From positions 1-35,674 of the forward strand of contig CAJVPI010000316.1 in assembly GCA_910592345.1 (NCBI GenBank): a DNA stretch of 35,674 nucleotides, given 5' to 3'. Shown piece after piece: positions 34,468-35,674 of this stretch. A program made the position numbers and the translations under genes. How positions within the stretch are numbered: position 1 is the stretch's first letter; each line of letters opens with the position of its first letter. The notes beneath the pieces are model-generated. The model had not been told where the DNA came from. It did not search any database and saw nothing but the letters and a program-made list of their open reading frames with translations. This DNA is from Paraglomus brasilianum. Lineage: Eukaryota.

Positions 34468-35103
34468 TAAATATCTCCAAAGGCAAGATGGAAAATTCTT
34501 AATAGAGAATGTATTTAATAGTATGGTTTATCCGTAAAGTTTATTGGAGAACGGCTTCCACCCAATATTTTGTTGTATTGATATACATATCGGTCGATAA
34601 CCTTGATATTTTGATTTTGTATGTTATTATTGAGCGGTAAATTAGGATGTTTTGTAATTACATTGACTCATTAGAATAAAAAAGGATAACAATAAGCAAA
34701 TTTCGAGAAACAACTTACACTTTACTTTTTATTAAAAAGAATAGTGTAGTTGACGGTTTGACTTTTTAAAATTGAAACATGTACTTACGGATTCTTGGAT
34801 AAGTGTATTACTTCTCTTTGCTTATTCTATCAGCCTGTTTAATAATAATAATCACCATCGTATATAATTACCAAAAAAAGTGATTGGCAGCGGTTAAGCC
34901 ATCAAGACGCGATACTCAGCGATATAACTGCAGTTGTCAAAAACCTTTGTCGAGAAAGGGAATAAATAATGATGGACCAGTTCACGATTTGGTGAAATAG
35001 TTATTGATAGATGAAAGTAAGTGCCAACGGTCTCCGCAAATAAAAACGTGCGATGTAACACAGTAAATAGTTGAAATATTACTTGAAAATTTTTATTCAA
35101 ACC

Positions 35104-35674
35104 ATGTCGTTCGTTCCAAGGGTCGAGGATATGTGTAATCCAGCAATTGACAACTTAGTTCAAGCCTCCTTAGAAAGCAGACATAAACTTAAATGGATTT
35201 CTTGTTCTGAAATCACTAATATTAAGCCAAGTCAAGTTAACAACGTCTACTACGCCATCCGCAAAGAAACGCTTGATGGTGATACGGTTGATGAAACGCC
35301 GATAACGTTGGTATTCTTTGGAAACAGCGAAGAATGCACACCAACCTCTGTGAGTCAATTTGCTAGAATATACTCACTTCCAACACACAAGTCTACCATT
35401 GCTGTCAGTCAATTTAGACGATATAGGAATTGGCTTAAATGGCGCAACAAATTCATAAAGGGGTTTACTGAATATGATGATAGCTATTACATGGTTGCTG
35501 ACAAACAGTTTTACCATTGTTATTCTCGATACGGATTCTGCCCCGCATGTGGAATACTCCGATGTAGTCCCGTGTGGTGCATTTGTGGACATAAAGGATT
35601 ATCCAATGGATGGACTAGCAACAATAAGCAACTCGATGAGTTTATCAAGAAATCTCAATTACAAACAAACTCAA
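35104..35674 (+). CDS. 5' part (exon 1) of a third kinase paralog; open frame runs off the window end
   Basis: MSFVPRVEDMCNPAIDNLVQASLESRHKLKWISCSEI...YGFCPACGILRCSPVWCICGHKGLSNGWTSNNKQLDEFIKKSQLQTNS. No stop occurs before the window end, and it is collinear with exon 1 of 31158-33554. It is missing from the ORF track. Confidence 0.9.
   Translation, partial: MSFVPRVEDMCNPAIDNLVQASLESRHKLKWISCSEITNIKPSQVNNVYYAIRKETLDGDTVDETPITLVFFGNSEECTPTSVSQFARIYSLPTHKSTIAVSQFRRYRNWLKWRNKFIKGFTEYDDSYYMVADKQFYHCYSRYGFCPACGILRCSPVWCICGHKGLSNGWTSNNKQLDEFIKKSQLQTNS

Overview
Eukaryotic, AT-rich fungal DNA with short GT-AG introns. It is most consistent with an arbuscular mycorrhizal / Glomeromycotina-type genome, inferred from the kinase and transposon families present. 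The window has three parts. (1) 1-20.5 kb: a decayed pogo/Tigger transposon, part of which is amplified into a perfect 94-bp tandem repeat. It is followed by four ~4.6-4.8 kb tandem duplication units, each carrying an intronless 223-239 aa two-TM protein with Erf4/Golgin-A7-like features. The proteins diverge strongly in the TM/loop region while their non-coding flanks stay similar. Unit 2 is interrupted by a 3,189-bp non-autonomous Helitron (8968-12156; TC...CTAG, A|T target) carrying a frameshifted OB-fold-like gene and a Cys-rich repeat gene relic. Several MITEs show filled and empty sites between units. (2) 21.9-28.1 kb: two convergent conserved multi-exon genes, SWD1/RBBP5 (COMPASS subunit) and YPP1/TTC7 (PI4-kinase complex TPR scaffold). 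(3) 28.5-35.7 kb: an internally deleted Tc1 element with both TIRs and a TA TSD, then a tandem array of tyrosine-kinase-like genes (one 3' pseudogene fragment, one near-complete 4-exon gene with aberrant catalytic motifs, one running off the window), with a TA-flanked foldback insertion between the last two. All family assignments come from motif recognition by eye, not from database searches.
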